Positions 24,870 to 37,616 of a DNA stretch of 64,000 bases are shown in pieces (within the stretch, counting starts at the first letter, position 1; each line of letters begins with the position of its first letter). The stretch comes from Octopus bimaculoides (Eukaryota): the NCBI RefSeq assembly GCF_001194135.2, contig NC_068981.1:70361831-70425830 (forward strand), written 5' to 3'. Below the pieces are notes generated by a model. That model was not told the DNA's origin. It saw nothing but the letters and a program-made list of their open reading frames with translations, and did no database searches. Position numbers and translations under genes: made by a program.

Positions 24870-26175
24870 ATTGAATAATTCAATAATTGTTTAATTTATT
24901 TGACCACATGATACAAGCTGCATTTTAATCATCGTCATGTATTGTCAATATACATGCCCTTGAATTAATATTTCTAGATATTATGACTCTATATTCCTAC
25001 ACACGCTGACATTTTTCTGAAATTGAACTCACGTTGTAATTTACATTTCCTTATTCCAAGACATATATGTGGCATTGTTTTCACCGAATTTGTAACTCAA
25101 CTGCAAATTCTGTAAAGTGATGCTTCTATGAAAAATATTAACAAAGAAGTGATTATTCACAAGCAAACCAAAACTCATTAATTGTTTGTTGAATCTGCTA
25201 TAAAGAACAGCTAAGTATATATTCCAAGTTCAAGTCCATCGTATATAAGCAGTCAGAAACAAGAGACTTGATGAAGATCGGTCATAAAGATTTTAGCATG
25301 GTTGGATATTTGTAAACACTGACACAACTGAAAATAGAGGTAATGGTCGGATAAAATTATAGTATCATTAACAACCGATCTCGAACATTATACAAAAATT
25401 CTTACGTTACATTAAAACATAAAATACAACTTAATTGTATTAAGAGTGAAATACGTTTACTGAGTAATATTTGAAGAAAACTTATACATCCAAACAACAA
25501 ACGTTCCTCAAGTAGTGTTGCCGATGTAATTCAAAACATAATTCTAGTAGGATTGAAAATGCTGTTGCCATTCATTAGAACATCGGCTTGTTAGTGCTTG
25601 TGAGCACTAACAAGTGAGGTGCGATGAAGGCGTATTGACGAATATTACCAGAAAAATGGATGCAAGAGGAAATTAAGAAGCTCATGTTAAAATGTAAAGA
25701 AAGTGTATACTATTATGATATATTATTATGAAACCATTAAATTGGAATATTGCGGTTGGTTTTACTTAGTTCATTCCTTCTCTGTCACTGGACAGTCGAC
25801 AATTAGCTAACTTTGTTGGTAATATTAATACCATGTCAATAAAAAAAAGTGTCCACATGTTCTAATACCATTAAGAGATGTCAATGAGGTATATCATCTA
25901 GAAAAATATAGTGTGCCGAGGTGTTACTACCTTAGATATGTTCTTGACGACACCAATCGACACGACCCTACGTTTACTTACGATAATCCTTAAAAACATA
26001 GTTTTAACTCCACATTATATAGTTACATCATAGCAACAGCGTAGGTGAGCTCTCTCGGAGCCGAATCAAAAATAGCTTATCAGACATCAGTTTAAGATAC
26101 TTAACTTACCGTAAGTTTATTAGTATCCCTGCATCTTACTACTCTATAAACAGACTATTATTTTAATAATTGTTT

Positions 26176-26365
26176 TTGATATAGACATAATGCCTGAAAT
26201 CGGAGGAAGGACCCTAGTCGATTATCGTTCTTGATTTGTAGATTATTTATCGATCCAGGAGATGTGAAGTGTAAATCCCTGTGGGAATCGAACTCAGAAA
26301 GTAATAAGCCGATCTAAGACCGCTTAAGTATTTTTACCCGATGTGTTAACGATTCTGCCAGTTCG
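26176..26365 (-). mobile_element. Degenerate SINE (family 2)
   Basis: Reverse complement shows CTGGCAGAATCGTTAAC...CTGAGTTCGATTCC, as in the copies at 36328 and 43686. Confidence 0.6.
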
Positions 26366-27682
26366 AATGAATTATTCTTAACGTGTGACAGAAATTTTTG
26401 AATGTAAAATTGCTTCCATAATGAAATGCTAACCGCATCTCTCGTTTGAGTCATATATTAAATCCAACACAGTAAAGAATTATATTACACACAACACATT
26501 GTATCAGTCGCATTCCCCCTCCACCCCACCCCCAAAAATTGAGAATTACAAAGCTCTTTCAGTTGAACGATGATATTATCCGAATTAATGAAGCATAAAA
26601 GATTTTTAAATTTGATTAAGTAAAATTATTATCTTTTTATTATACTTGAACAACATATTTTATCATGGACGCTACGGATTTTTGGAAGCCACATGTCTTA
26701 CAAATCTTGTCCATAATCGAATAATAACACAAGTTAAATGCTATAGCTATCTGTCTATTTTCTGTCTTTCTTTTCTTTTTTTGCAGAGTTTGATGTGTGT
26801 GTTGGTACAAAAGAATGGATTATGAATTATTCTTTGGATAATATTTTGAATTAAATCATGAATAATTACTGATTTTATTTAAAACCAGATTGGATGCAGC
26901 TAGACTGTAATGAAATAATTAAATAACTGCAGTTAAATTTTTTAAACATTGCATCGTTGACCAAACAGAGAAAGGTTACAGATTATTGTATATTTAAATC
27001 TGAAAGCTGGCGCACAAGTGGGAAAGGAATATGTCAATGTTGTATTTACATAGTTAGGAATAATAATATCCAAAATGGAACAAATAAGATAAACGATAAT
27101 AATATTGGTACAAAAAGAAAAAAAAAACATTGATTTCTAGAAATAATCGAAAGAACTACACACACTTTGCAGCAAGTTGAATGCATAATACTATAAAAAT
27201 ATTCAACAAATCAAAGCAGATGTACAATGTACCTGTCAATATCAACTTCCGTCAACCAAATGCAAGTGTATACGTCCAACTTTGAAATGAGATACAGATG
27301 AATATGCAATCAGATTTTGCGTGTGTAATACTCGCCATATTTATATGCATAAAGTATACAAAGATATATGTAGTCTATACATCTGTATGTATATACTTTA
27401 ACTATATGCCTGTATATGTATTTGTGTACGGGAAGTGCATTTTTGCAAATTAAAGCAGTTACAGACACACATAATAGATAATTTAAATAATCAATAGAAG
27501 TTAAGATATATTCCAATATAAAGTAACACATCTGGGGAATATTTTTGCCTGAGAATATATATCACATCTTCGAGATAATGTCGATCACAGAGTATTAAAG
27601 TAGAAGTGTATTATTCAGAAGCTTTATTTAAATATCAACAGGAGAATTCTGGAAACATACATACAGTAAATACATGTGTATA

Positions 27683-27728
<46 letters not shown>

Positions 27729-28264
27729 NNNNNNNNNNNNNNNNNNNNNNNNNNNNNNNNNNNNNNNNNNNNNNNNNNNNNNNNNNNNNNNNNNNNNNNN
27801 NNNNNNNNNNNNNNNNNNNNNNNNNNNNNNNNNNNNNNNNNNNNNNNNNNNNNNNNNNNNNNNNNNNNNNNNNNNNNNNNNNNNNNNNNNNNNNNNNNNN
27901 NNNNNNNNNNNNNNNNNNNNNNNNNNNNNNNNNNNNNNNNNNNNNNNNNNNNNNNNNNNNNNNNNNNNNNNNNNNNNNNNNNNNNNNNNNNNNNNNNNNN
28001 NNNNNNNNNNNNNNNNNNNNNNNNNNNNNNNNNNNNNNNNNNNNNNNNNNNNNNNNNNNNNNNNNNNNNNNNNNNNNNNNNNNNNNNNNNNNNNNNNNNN
28101 NNNNNNNNNNNNNNNNNNNNNNNNNNNNNNNNNNNNNNNNNNNNNNNNNNNNNNNNNNNNNNNNNNNNNNNNNNNNNNNNNNNNNNNNNNNNNNNNNNNN
28201 NNNNNNNNNNNNNNNNNNNNNNNNNNNNNNNNNNNNNNNNNNNNNNNNNNNNNNNNNNNNNNNN

Positions 28265-28330
<66 letters not shown>

Positions 28331-29288
28331 TGTCTGTGTGTGCGTGCGTGTGTATGCATGTGTGTGTGTGCGTGTATGTATATGTATGCTTATATTTATA
28401 TTTATGTTTGCACATTTTCCGCTTCCGTTTTTTTACATTTTTATACTTCCTGCTTTCTGCTTTACATTTCTACACGTGTCCACCCCTCCGTCGAGTTGTT
28501 CTTGTTCATCGCATTGTACAGATACACTCCTACGCTCGCACACTCATCCGCCTCCTCTTCATTTCCTAACACTCCCCGTACAGCATCGTTCCCTCTTGGC
28601 CCTGGACTTGTCGCATGTTATTGTTTTCTCCTGTAGCCACTTTCCCCTCTTTCCTTCTTTTCTATATTTTCCTGATAAACGAGTTACATCTGAAACATCA
28701 AGAAATTTCCACCTTCGTTTTAAGCGTTAAGCTAAGGCAATATTTGTTAAAGCTTATTCTTCCTGTGTCGTATTGTTTCATCTAGCGGTTATTAATTTCT
28801 TGGTATATATATATATTTGAGTTTGTTTGTGACCACGTGTGTATGTTTGTATACACACGCACGTACTCACAAATACACACACATAAGTATATGTGTATGT
28901 ATATATATATATATATNNNNNNNNNNNNNNNNNNNNNNNNNNNNNNNNNNNNNNNNNNNNNNNNNNNNNNNNNNNNNNNNNNNNNNNNNNNNNNNNNNNN
29001 NNNNNNNNNNNNNNNNNNNNNNNNNNNNNNNNNNNNNNNNNNNNNNNNNNNNNNNNNNNNNNNNNNNNNNNNNNNNNNNNNNNNNNNNNNNNNNNNNNNN
29101 NNNNNNNNNNNNNNNNNNNNNNNNNNNNNNNNNNNNNNNNNNNNNNNNNNNNNNNNNNNNNNNNNNNNNNNNNNNNNNNNNNNNNNNNNNNNNNNNNNNN
29201 NNNNNNNNNNNNNNNNNNNNNNNNNNNNNNNNNNNNNNNNNNNNNNNNNNNNNNNNNNNNNNNNNNNNNNNNNNNNNNNNNNNNNNNN

Positions 29289-29321
<33 letters not shown>

Positions 29322-29647
29322 AGATGAGCGGTAGTGATGTCAATAAGACCCAGAGGTGTTAGGTAATGCTGAGTAAGTCCTATGGATAGATCATAGTTAA
29401 GCTCCAGGTTCGGTAATTATGCGAATAAGAGGTCCAACGTAGGTCATATATCAGCGTGTGTATATAAGGATTTACTTGTCCTAATGAAATAAAAAAACAA
29501 CGCTATGTAGATTTTAGAACATTTATAAATAGGTATTACAGCTGTTTCCAGGATATTTACTATATCCCTTCATCGGAGACGGTGTGAGAGGATAGTTAAG
29601 CAATAGTTACTTTAGATAAGATACGAAATAGGGAGTGAATTGGAGGA

Positions 29648-29957
29648 ACGAAAATAGATGGGAGATATGCAGGGATATTGCATTTGTAAATCCATTATTT
29701 AGGCAGAATGGTATACATGTAACATTCCAATACCTTATGAGTAAAAACCAATAGTCCTTAGAATTAGTCATTCCAAATATAGAGTTTATACACCCATGAT
29801 TCAATAATACTGTGTATAAACTCTATACTGGAAATTACCAATTCTAAAAACTATAGGGTTTTACTCATAACGTATTGGAATCTTAAATGTATACCATTCT
29901 GCCTAAATCATGGATTTACAAATGCAATATACCTGCATATCTCACATCTATTTTCGT
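29648..29957. repeat. Fold-back element: 146-bp inverted arms with an 18-nt spacer
   Basis: 29648-29793 aligns to the reverse complement of 29812-29957 over its full length (roughly 85-90% by eye). Confidence 0.9.
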
Positions 29958-30863
29958 CTCTCAGTGTACCATACTGAGAGATAGAATAATGAACACAGAG
30001 ACAAGACATTTCGGTTGGAGATTTTTAGGCCAGGCAGCTTTGCTGATATCATGGGTAACATCATTGATTTTACCGAATATCTCCAAAGCGAGAGCCCACT
30101 TGCGGATGTCATAATCAAACGTCTCCAATCGATGTTGCTTCACAGAAATTGTTTTGATGGTTGTCAAGTGGAAACAGAAACGCATAAATGAAGAGAGGCA
30201 GACAGACAAACAGAAACAAAGGCAGACAGACAGACAAACAGAAACAAAGGCAGACAGACAGACAAACAGAAACAAAGGCAGACAGACAGACAAACAGAGA
30301 CAGAGGCAGACAGACAGAGTGATAGAGAGAGACAAAGAGACGGTGAGAAAGACTTTTTTTTTAAAGATGTTGGAGGATAGCCATGTTAATGGCTGTCTTC
30401 ATTACCTTAGTAATATTAGAATATGAGCATGATAGGCTGATAAGCAAGGTCAGAGGGCTATCAGTTATTAATTAATTATATTTATATCATTAACGTTAAC
30501 AGAAATAATAGAAACATACAAGAAAGACAAAAGTATTCACAGAGGTGGAGAATCGAAATAGAAAATGAAATAGATAACGCGTAGCAAATAGCAGCAGTAT
30601 AACAGGATATTTTTATATCTAAATTTTCTTAAATTTTATTTCATTACAAGAATAAATTATTATCCTGAAAGTGTGGCTGGTCCTACACATGTTGAATTGC
30701 TGAAACAGACTGATAGAATAAATACCTGGCTTTAGCAAAATAAATAAAATTTCTTCAAAGCGTTGCTAATATGAAAGATGAAAGAAGAAATAGAATATAG
30801 AAACACAAACACACACACAAGTATACATACATACATACATACATGCATACATACATACATACA

Positions 30864-31710
30864 TACATGTGCGGTGAATAAACTGCGGTGAATTAACTGT
30901 CGTCTAAATTACGCAAAAATGAAAATAATACTGACATCTCATTTTAATAGATATATTTACCAAAATTACATAAAAATAACTTGAGTTACTAATGAGTAAA
31001 TTTATTCAAGAAAATCGCCACTGGCTTCAACCACGACCTCCAGACGACTTCAGAATCTCCTGCAACTCTTCTGGACGGTCTCCTTATCTAAGTTGGTGAA
31101 TCCTTCCAACTGCGCCCCACGCATAATAATCAAGGGGGTTGCAGTCAGGGAAGTTGTATAGCAAGATATTAGGGGTGATGTGGTCGCAGATATTGCCTAA
31201 CAGCCACGACTGGGTTCTCCTGTCTGTGTGGCATAGTGCAGAGCCTTGTTTCCAGATATAGGGTGTCACAGCAGCCAACTTCTTGATCCAGAACAGCACT
31301 ACCATCTCCAGGTACTTGATGTAGGTTTCCATTTTCAGTCTGAGGTCACGTGGAAAGATGAGCAGAGGCACAACGTCGCCATCAATAGTAATCATTCTAA
31401 GGAGTATGACATTGACTGAATGTTTGATTCTTATCACTCTCGAAACATGTCCTCAGATTGAACTGATCTCAGACTGACACCAAAACAATCTGAAATGTTC
31501 GCATTGGAGCTTCCGACGAGAATGTCAAGCTGTACAGCATGTTGTTTCCAAATTTCTGGCGGAGTGAATTGTGTCATGATGCCGTTTCTCTCATAGACGT
31601 TACCCACCTGACCTTACCACACTGTGGAGTCGACAAAATCAAAAACAATGTGCAGGCACGAAATTTAAAAAAATATATAACATGGTGAAAATTTACCCAT
31701 CGCACCTTGT
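30864..31710 (-). mobile_element. Internally deleted Tc1/mariner transposon (DD37D/maT-like) remnant
   Basis: KHSVNVILL..GDVVP..F...YIKYLEMVV..WI...YIWKQGSA.CH....QSWL....ITP....PDCNPLDYYAWG, plus C-terminal CRRFRSRLEVVVEASGD. Degenerate TIRs near 30865 and 31710. Confidence 0.75.
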
Positions 31711-31773
31711 GTGTGTGTGTGTGTGTGNNNNNNNNNNGCGTGTGTGTGTGCGCGCGAGTATGTGTGTGCATGC

Positions 31774-31809
<36 letters not shown>

Positions 31810-31842
31810 ATCTGTGTATGTACCAGAAAATTAATATTGATA

Positions 31843-33175
31843 AGGACCCTGGTATGGATAGATTAGGTGCAGTGATATACGAATATGGTAATGAACATCG
31901 CTGTACAATGTTGATAGATGTGATTCAGAGTGTTTGGCACAGAGAAGTGGCGTGATGCGATTATGGAGATACTCTATAAATTGAAAGATGGAAAGGATGC
32001 CTGCGATAATTTTCGTGGCATCTCTCTGTTAGCTGAGGCTGCAAAGGTCTTTGTATGGCAATGCTGGATAGATTGCATCTGCACATTGCTGAAGAGGTTC
32101 TACAAGAATCACAATTTGGATTTATAAGTGCTTGGTGTACTATGGATATGATATTCTCAGGTAGACAGTTATAAGAGAATCTCATCGAACAGGATATGGA
32201 CTTATATCAAGTTTTTATTGATCTCATGAAATCATTTGATTTTGTAAGTAGAGTTGCACTTGGGAGATCCTCAAAAAGCTTGTTGCCTTGAAAAACATTG
32301 TGAGAATGCTTATACAATATCCTGACAAAATGGAGGTAAGAGCTAATGTTGCAGGTACCTTTTCAGATCCAATTTCTGTAGAAAATGTAAAACAGGGTGA
32401 TAGTTCTCTACCTACATTGTTTGCTCTGTATTTTACCATAGTCTTTCAAATATCTTTCGAAGATTGTGCTGAAGGAGTCTATATAAGATAGAGAGCAGCG
32501 GGAAAACTCTTCAGCTTCAAAAGACTTTGTGCAAAAATGAAAGTTCTTCATTCTCACGTCATTAAATTCTTGTATGCAGGTGATTGTGACTCGTTAGCAC
32601 ATTTCCAGGAAGAAGGGCAACACATGATGAATGCAATTTCTGCAGCATGTACAGCATTGGGCCTTATAATCTACTTGAATAAAACTGTTCTGATTTACCG
32701 ACTTGTATCCCCTAAACTTTATATGGAAACTTCTGTGACTGCCTATGGACAAAATTTGGAAGTTGTAACTTAATTCATTTATTTAGGAAGTACGTTGATC
32801 ATTACTGGTCTTGATGATGAAATTTCAAATAGAATCAGCAAGGCTAGTGGTTCCTGTGATAGGCTTGACAAGCGTCTCTGACCATACCGTGGTATATTAT
32901 TTCCAAATTAAAGTTGGGGTTTATAGTACATGTGGGCTGTTATCGTTGCTCTAGTGAAGCGAGACATTGGTTGTTTATCGTAGTGATTTTAGGAATTTGT
33001 AACGATATCATCAATATTGTCTTAGGAAAATTCTTGAGATAATTTAGAAAATTGTGATCAGATAATTTAGAAAATTGTGATCAGTGATCAGTACTTGAGA
33101 GAAGTGGTAGTAAGAGTGTAGAATCGAGGATTCTGCAAAGTCGTTTTAGATGGGGTAGACATTTTGTGAGGACAA
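31843..33175 (+). mobile_element. RTE-clade LINE reverse transcriptase fragment, decayed
   Basis: PGMD..., DNFRGISLLAEAAKVF, FIDLMKSFD, VKQG..LPTLFALYF, FLYAGD (YADD), GL.I..NKT, F.YLGS and C-terminal RFRWGRH. Confidence 0.85.
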
Positions 33176-33194
33176 AGAAATATGAACCCACAGT

Positions 33195-33620
33195 AGGGAA
33201 GAAGCCATAGCCACTCATAATAAAAAAAAGGAGTACTCGTGGAGTGCATCAGTGAAAACCTCAATAAATTGTAAGCACGACAGACCTGATATAATGATTT
33301 GGGATAGAGAAGAGAACCACAGTTGTGGAAATTACCTGCCCAGCGGATGTTAACATAAACCTGAAGATCAGTGAAAAAGAGAATATTTACGCTAAACTAT
33401 AAAGAAATCTGCAGTTACTCTATCCAGATCACGAGTTCAGGTTTATACCTGTAATTATTGGACCTTGTGATATGCAGCACACTGCCTAAATACTAATCTT
33501 GAGAAATTAGGTTTCTCAAAACTAGAAAGGAGAAAACTAATTCGAAGACTATAGAACCAATCCAACACTGGAACTGTAAAAATCCGTAAAACTTTCCGGA
33601 AAGATATCATTTAAATATCT
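33195..33620 (+). mobile_element. 3' end of an R2/R4-type (restriction-like endonuclease) LINE, followed by a (CATA)n tail
   Basis: KEYSWSASVKTSINCKHDRPDIMIWDREE..VVEITCPAD..EKENIY..FIPVIIG is the RPD/E/K pattern of RLE domains. Confidence 0.75.
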
Positions 33621-34199
33621 ATAAGCATGTCTAGATATGCAACTATATGCATGAGAATACATACATAAAACAAAATATACAAATCTCACGTATACATACA
33701 TGCGTACATACATAATACATACATACATACATACATACATACATACATACTTACATACATACATACATACATAAAGACAGACAAACAGAGAGACACACAT
33801 ACATACATACATAACTGTTTTTTCGTATTCGAGCAAAGAAATTGCTAGAAAGAATTATTGAAATGGGTAATTGATGATGCAATGTGAGACCCTTGAATGA
33901 CTTGAGCCTGGCCAAAGATTCACACATTCTAATGCATTATACACAGCTGTGCTGGCTGGCAGAAGGAACATGTGCTACAATGAAGTCTTTCTGATATACC
34001 TTTTCAATCCTCCAATTGAAAGGCACATCTTTACCCAGGTTGTACATGTTCTGTTGTGAAAAATAGCCGTATCACAATTGACAAGGTATAAATTCCTGTG
34101 AGGTATCTGGTGGCTGACCAGGTTTGCATCGCTCAAGCATTTCCTCCGATAAATCACACGCATAAAAAGCAACATGCCGTCATTTTGCACAGATTCATT

Positions 34200-34455
34200 C
34201 TTTCTCAGCTTCTCCTGATCTATTAGTGCTTCATGCTCACTTTTTCAAACTTCGAACAACCGCTGAGCACTTTTTTCCTTCATCCATTACAGTCTTGTGC
34301 CTCTCTCTCTCTCTCTCAATCAACAACTGAAATCACTGTCTGTGGAAGAGCAATTCTGAGGCAGTCCTTGAACCACACTTTGGAGTTATGTGCTGACCTC
34401 CTATAACCATCCAGCTCAGCTCACCATTCAAAAGTTGTCGGCAATCTTAAACATA
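34200..34455 (-). mobile_element. RTE LINE extreme 3' coding remnant
   Basis: RLP..., WFKDCLR and ..GCSKFE resemble RTE C-termini; very decayed. Confidence 0.35.
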
Positions 34456-36327
34456 CAGTAGTAAAGTAATTAAAAGTGTATACTGTATATAATTAGTATA
34501 TTCTAGATTTTGGAAAAGCGTCCCTAAATTTTGTCATTTTCGTATTCTCTTTTCTTTTCCATCACCCAAAACCCAAACTTAATATTACATACATTGTAAT
34601 GGGACATTAGCATAATATATGCTTAATTAATTGTTTATTTCATTATGAATTTTTGTCACATGATTTTTAAATTCTTTGTTATGTTTGGCTTTAGTTTAAC
34701 CTTGTTATCGTATCCAAATTTTTAATACATTTTTATGTTATACTGTTTAAAATAATTTTATTGCCAATTTTAAAACCATAACTTGTTAATTCAACAATGG
34801 CATATTGATTATTTTCCTTGATATTAGCAAGTCAAATTTCAAATACATTTTTTGAATACAGTTATACCGTTGCAGGACAGCAATTATCTTAATTAAAATT
34901 TCTGAACACAACTAGTGTAACGCAAAGATAAATCGTTGCTTTCAAATGAAAAATGAAAGTCAATGTGGTAGAATTAATTCACTTCTTTTATACACACACT
35001 GAACCAGTGCGATTGCAACGGGGTTACCTTTTATACTCGAAACTAACGATTTTCCTTTACAATATTAAAATGGTAATTCATTTGTAATAAATGTTGCACC
35101 AAACTTTTCTTGTAAATGGAAGAAGGATTTAGGAATATATTTTACATATGGTTATTTTCAAGAATACAAAGGATCTGGTTTTAACGAAAGTAGATTCAAT
35201 ATGTCGCCTAGTTTAATACATATGTCTAACAAGTGTAGACATTTAGTGGCTTCCAATCTTTTGCAGCCATTTGGGTCAGTAAAAATCTCGGCATAGATTC
35301 TTCCTCTTTCATACCATCAGACACTAATCTCAGTCATCGTCAATATTGGTTTCTTACTTAACACAGTATGTTTAAATATATTCAATGTATGAACACCATA
35401 CTTTTTCTTTGCTGTCATCGATCCAATGAAGCATCACCGATTTACCGTCGAAATACTCTTCCATAGCATTTTTACCGTCTTTCAAAATAAAAGGACACTG
35501 GATAAGTCAAAAGAGAAGATATGACAACAATTTGAATTGTTCAGATCATAGTTCTGTTTCACCATAGATGACATTGGTTAAACGACTGCTGATTATAACT
35601 TCATAGTTGGGTTATAAATGTTTATAATTGCAAGCAATAGAGAGCTAGTTTAACCTCAGTTCAAGTAACCACTTTTGCTAATATAATTGGTCAAATATTC
35701 ACATTTGCATTATACATATTGTATTTAATGTTATTATGATGTATCTATTTGGATAATTGTAATTTATGTAAAAGTTAAAGTGTTAAACTTCTGTCAGTTT
35801 GGAAAGCTTATTAAATTTAATCATAGCATTAAATAAATCGATCATACATAATAGAATGATAATATTTTGCTTTAGATAAATCCAGTAAGAGGTAATCTAA
35901 AATAATTTCTAAAATTGGCACAAAGCCACACATTTCTAAAGGAGAAGCAGATTCGATGAAATCAATTAAGTAATACCTCAAACAAGCAGAATCAACATGA
36001 CTTGATTTTAGCTCAGCAGTGAAAGGAATGAAAATAAACCTTAAAACTGAATTATTTTTTTCCGCTACCCAAGCGTTCAAAGAAATATAGACCAGTTAAT
36101 TTCAATAATTAGTATAATTAAGGAATAAAGATTCAATAATTTGTATGCAAACAATTATGTTTGTTTTTGTTAATTATAAGGAATGTATTTTATACACTTT
36201 TGTACTTTCAAAATAAATTTTGTAAAACCTTATAGATATAAGTTTCAAGAAACGGATATTCCTAATACATGCTATTATTATTATTGCTGTTCTTGTTATT
36301 GTTATTATTATTAATATTACTATTGAA

Positions 36328-36769
36328 AAGGCGGCGGATCTGTCAGAATCGTAAGCAAGCTGGATGAAATGTTTAGCGGTATTTCGCTCGCCACTACGTT
36401 CTGAGTTCAAATTCCGCCGAAGTCGAGTTTACCTTTCATTCTTTCAGGTTCAATAAAATAAGTACCAGTTAAATACTAGGGTCGATGCAATCGACTTTTA
36501 CCCACCCTCCCACCAAGCTGACCTTGTCGCAAAAATTTGAAATTATTATTATTAATATTATTATTATTGTTGTTGTTGTTGTTGTTATTACTATTGAAAA
36601 GGTGGCGGAGAAATGTTTAGCTTTCTTTCGTCTGCAGCTACGTCCTGAGTTCAAATTCCGCCGAGATCGATCATTTTTGAATCGGGGTCGATAAATTAAG
36701 TACTAGTGTAACACTGGAGTCGACATAATGGACCCCCAAATTTCAGGCTTTGTGCCTTTTGTAAAAGGG

Positions 36770-36829
<60 letters not shown>

Positions 36830-37150
36830 GTTCAGTAGTTTTATTTTTACTACTCCGGAGAAAATTCTTAACGGCATTTCGTCTGTCCTTACATTCTAAT
36901 GTCAAATTTCATCCCATAGGAGTCGATAAGTAGAAAGAATTATTATTATTATTGTGGCTGAATCTTTAGCAATCCAGACAAAATGCTTAGAAGTATTCTT
37001 TCTGACCTTATGCTATGAGTTCAAATGCCACCGAGGCTGAGTTCACCTTTAATCTTTTCAACATATCTAAAATATAGTGCCAGTCACATACCCGGATCGA
37101 TCTTACCGACTTCCACCTATCCTCAAAAACTACTGGCTCTATATTAAAAT
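36328..37150 (+). mobile_element. Head-to-tail array of four SINE family-2 copies (~36328-36542, 36599-36770, 36850-36945, 36955-37150) separated by (ATT)n
   Basis: Repeated AAGGCGGC..CAGAATCGT..GAAATG.TTAGC..CTGAGTTCAAAT..CCTTTCAT.CTTT..GTCGATAA..AAGTACCAG blocks with a B-box-like GAGTTCAAATTCC. Confidence 0.8.
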
Positions 37151-37286
37151 GTGAAAATATTTTTATTATACGTGGGGCACTGTTTCTTAACTTCGAACAT
37201 TTAATGAAAGCTTAGTCTCCCCTTTCATGAGCAGAGGGTTTTTTTCGCTAGAATTGATAAGTGGCCATCTCCGAATCAGATCTTAA

Positions 37287-37616
37287 CCCATTACCAACCA
37301 GTGATCTCATATGAGATCACTTTAAAATTACAAATTTCGTAATTATCTGTCAATATTTACACATATCTAACGTTTTTGCTATATCTACTAGGTATATTTC
37401 TCTGATATTCAAATGAGGTTTGCTAATTTTTTACCCAATATCTCGCTTATTTCTATTTAAAATGGTATTTTGAAATGTTATTTTGAAATGTTATTTTGAA
37501 ATGTTATTTTGAAATGTTATTTTGATCATTCCAGTGTGTTTCTACGGCTGTTTTATGCTAGAAATCAAAGTTTCATAAAAAAAATTCCAGTTAATAGAAT
37601 TATGGGAGGTAATGGG
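37287..37616. mobile_element. piggyBac-type non-autonomous element (MITE), 330 bp
   Basis: TTAA|CCCATTACC ... GGTAATGGG|TTAA: TTAA TSD at 37283-37286 and 37617-37620, with perfect 9-bp (imperfect 14-bp) TIRs starting CCC. Confidence 0.85.

Noticed and set aside
26073-26085. TAGCTTATCAGAC, identical to the first 13 nt of vertebrate miR-21
   Set aside because: The match stops at 13 nt, there is no precursor hairpin, and the genome appears to be non-vertebrate; chance.
28668-28705. Hammerhead-like CTGATAA...GAAAC here, and similar decayed motifs near 30110-30145 and 61565-61590 (minus strand)
   Set aside because: Core nucleotides are mutated and stems are not supported; at most decayed Penelope termini.
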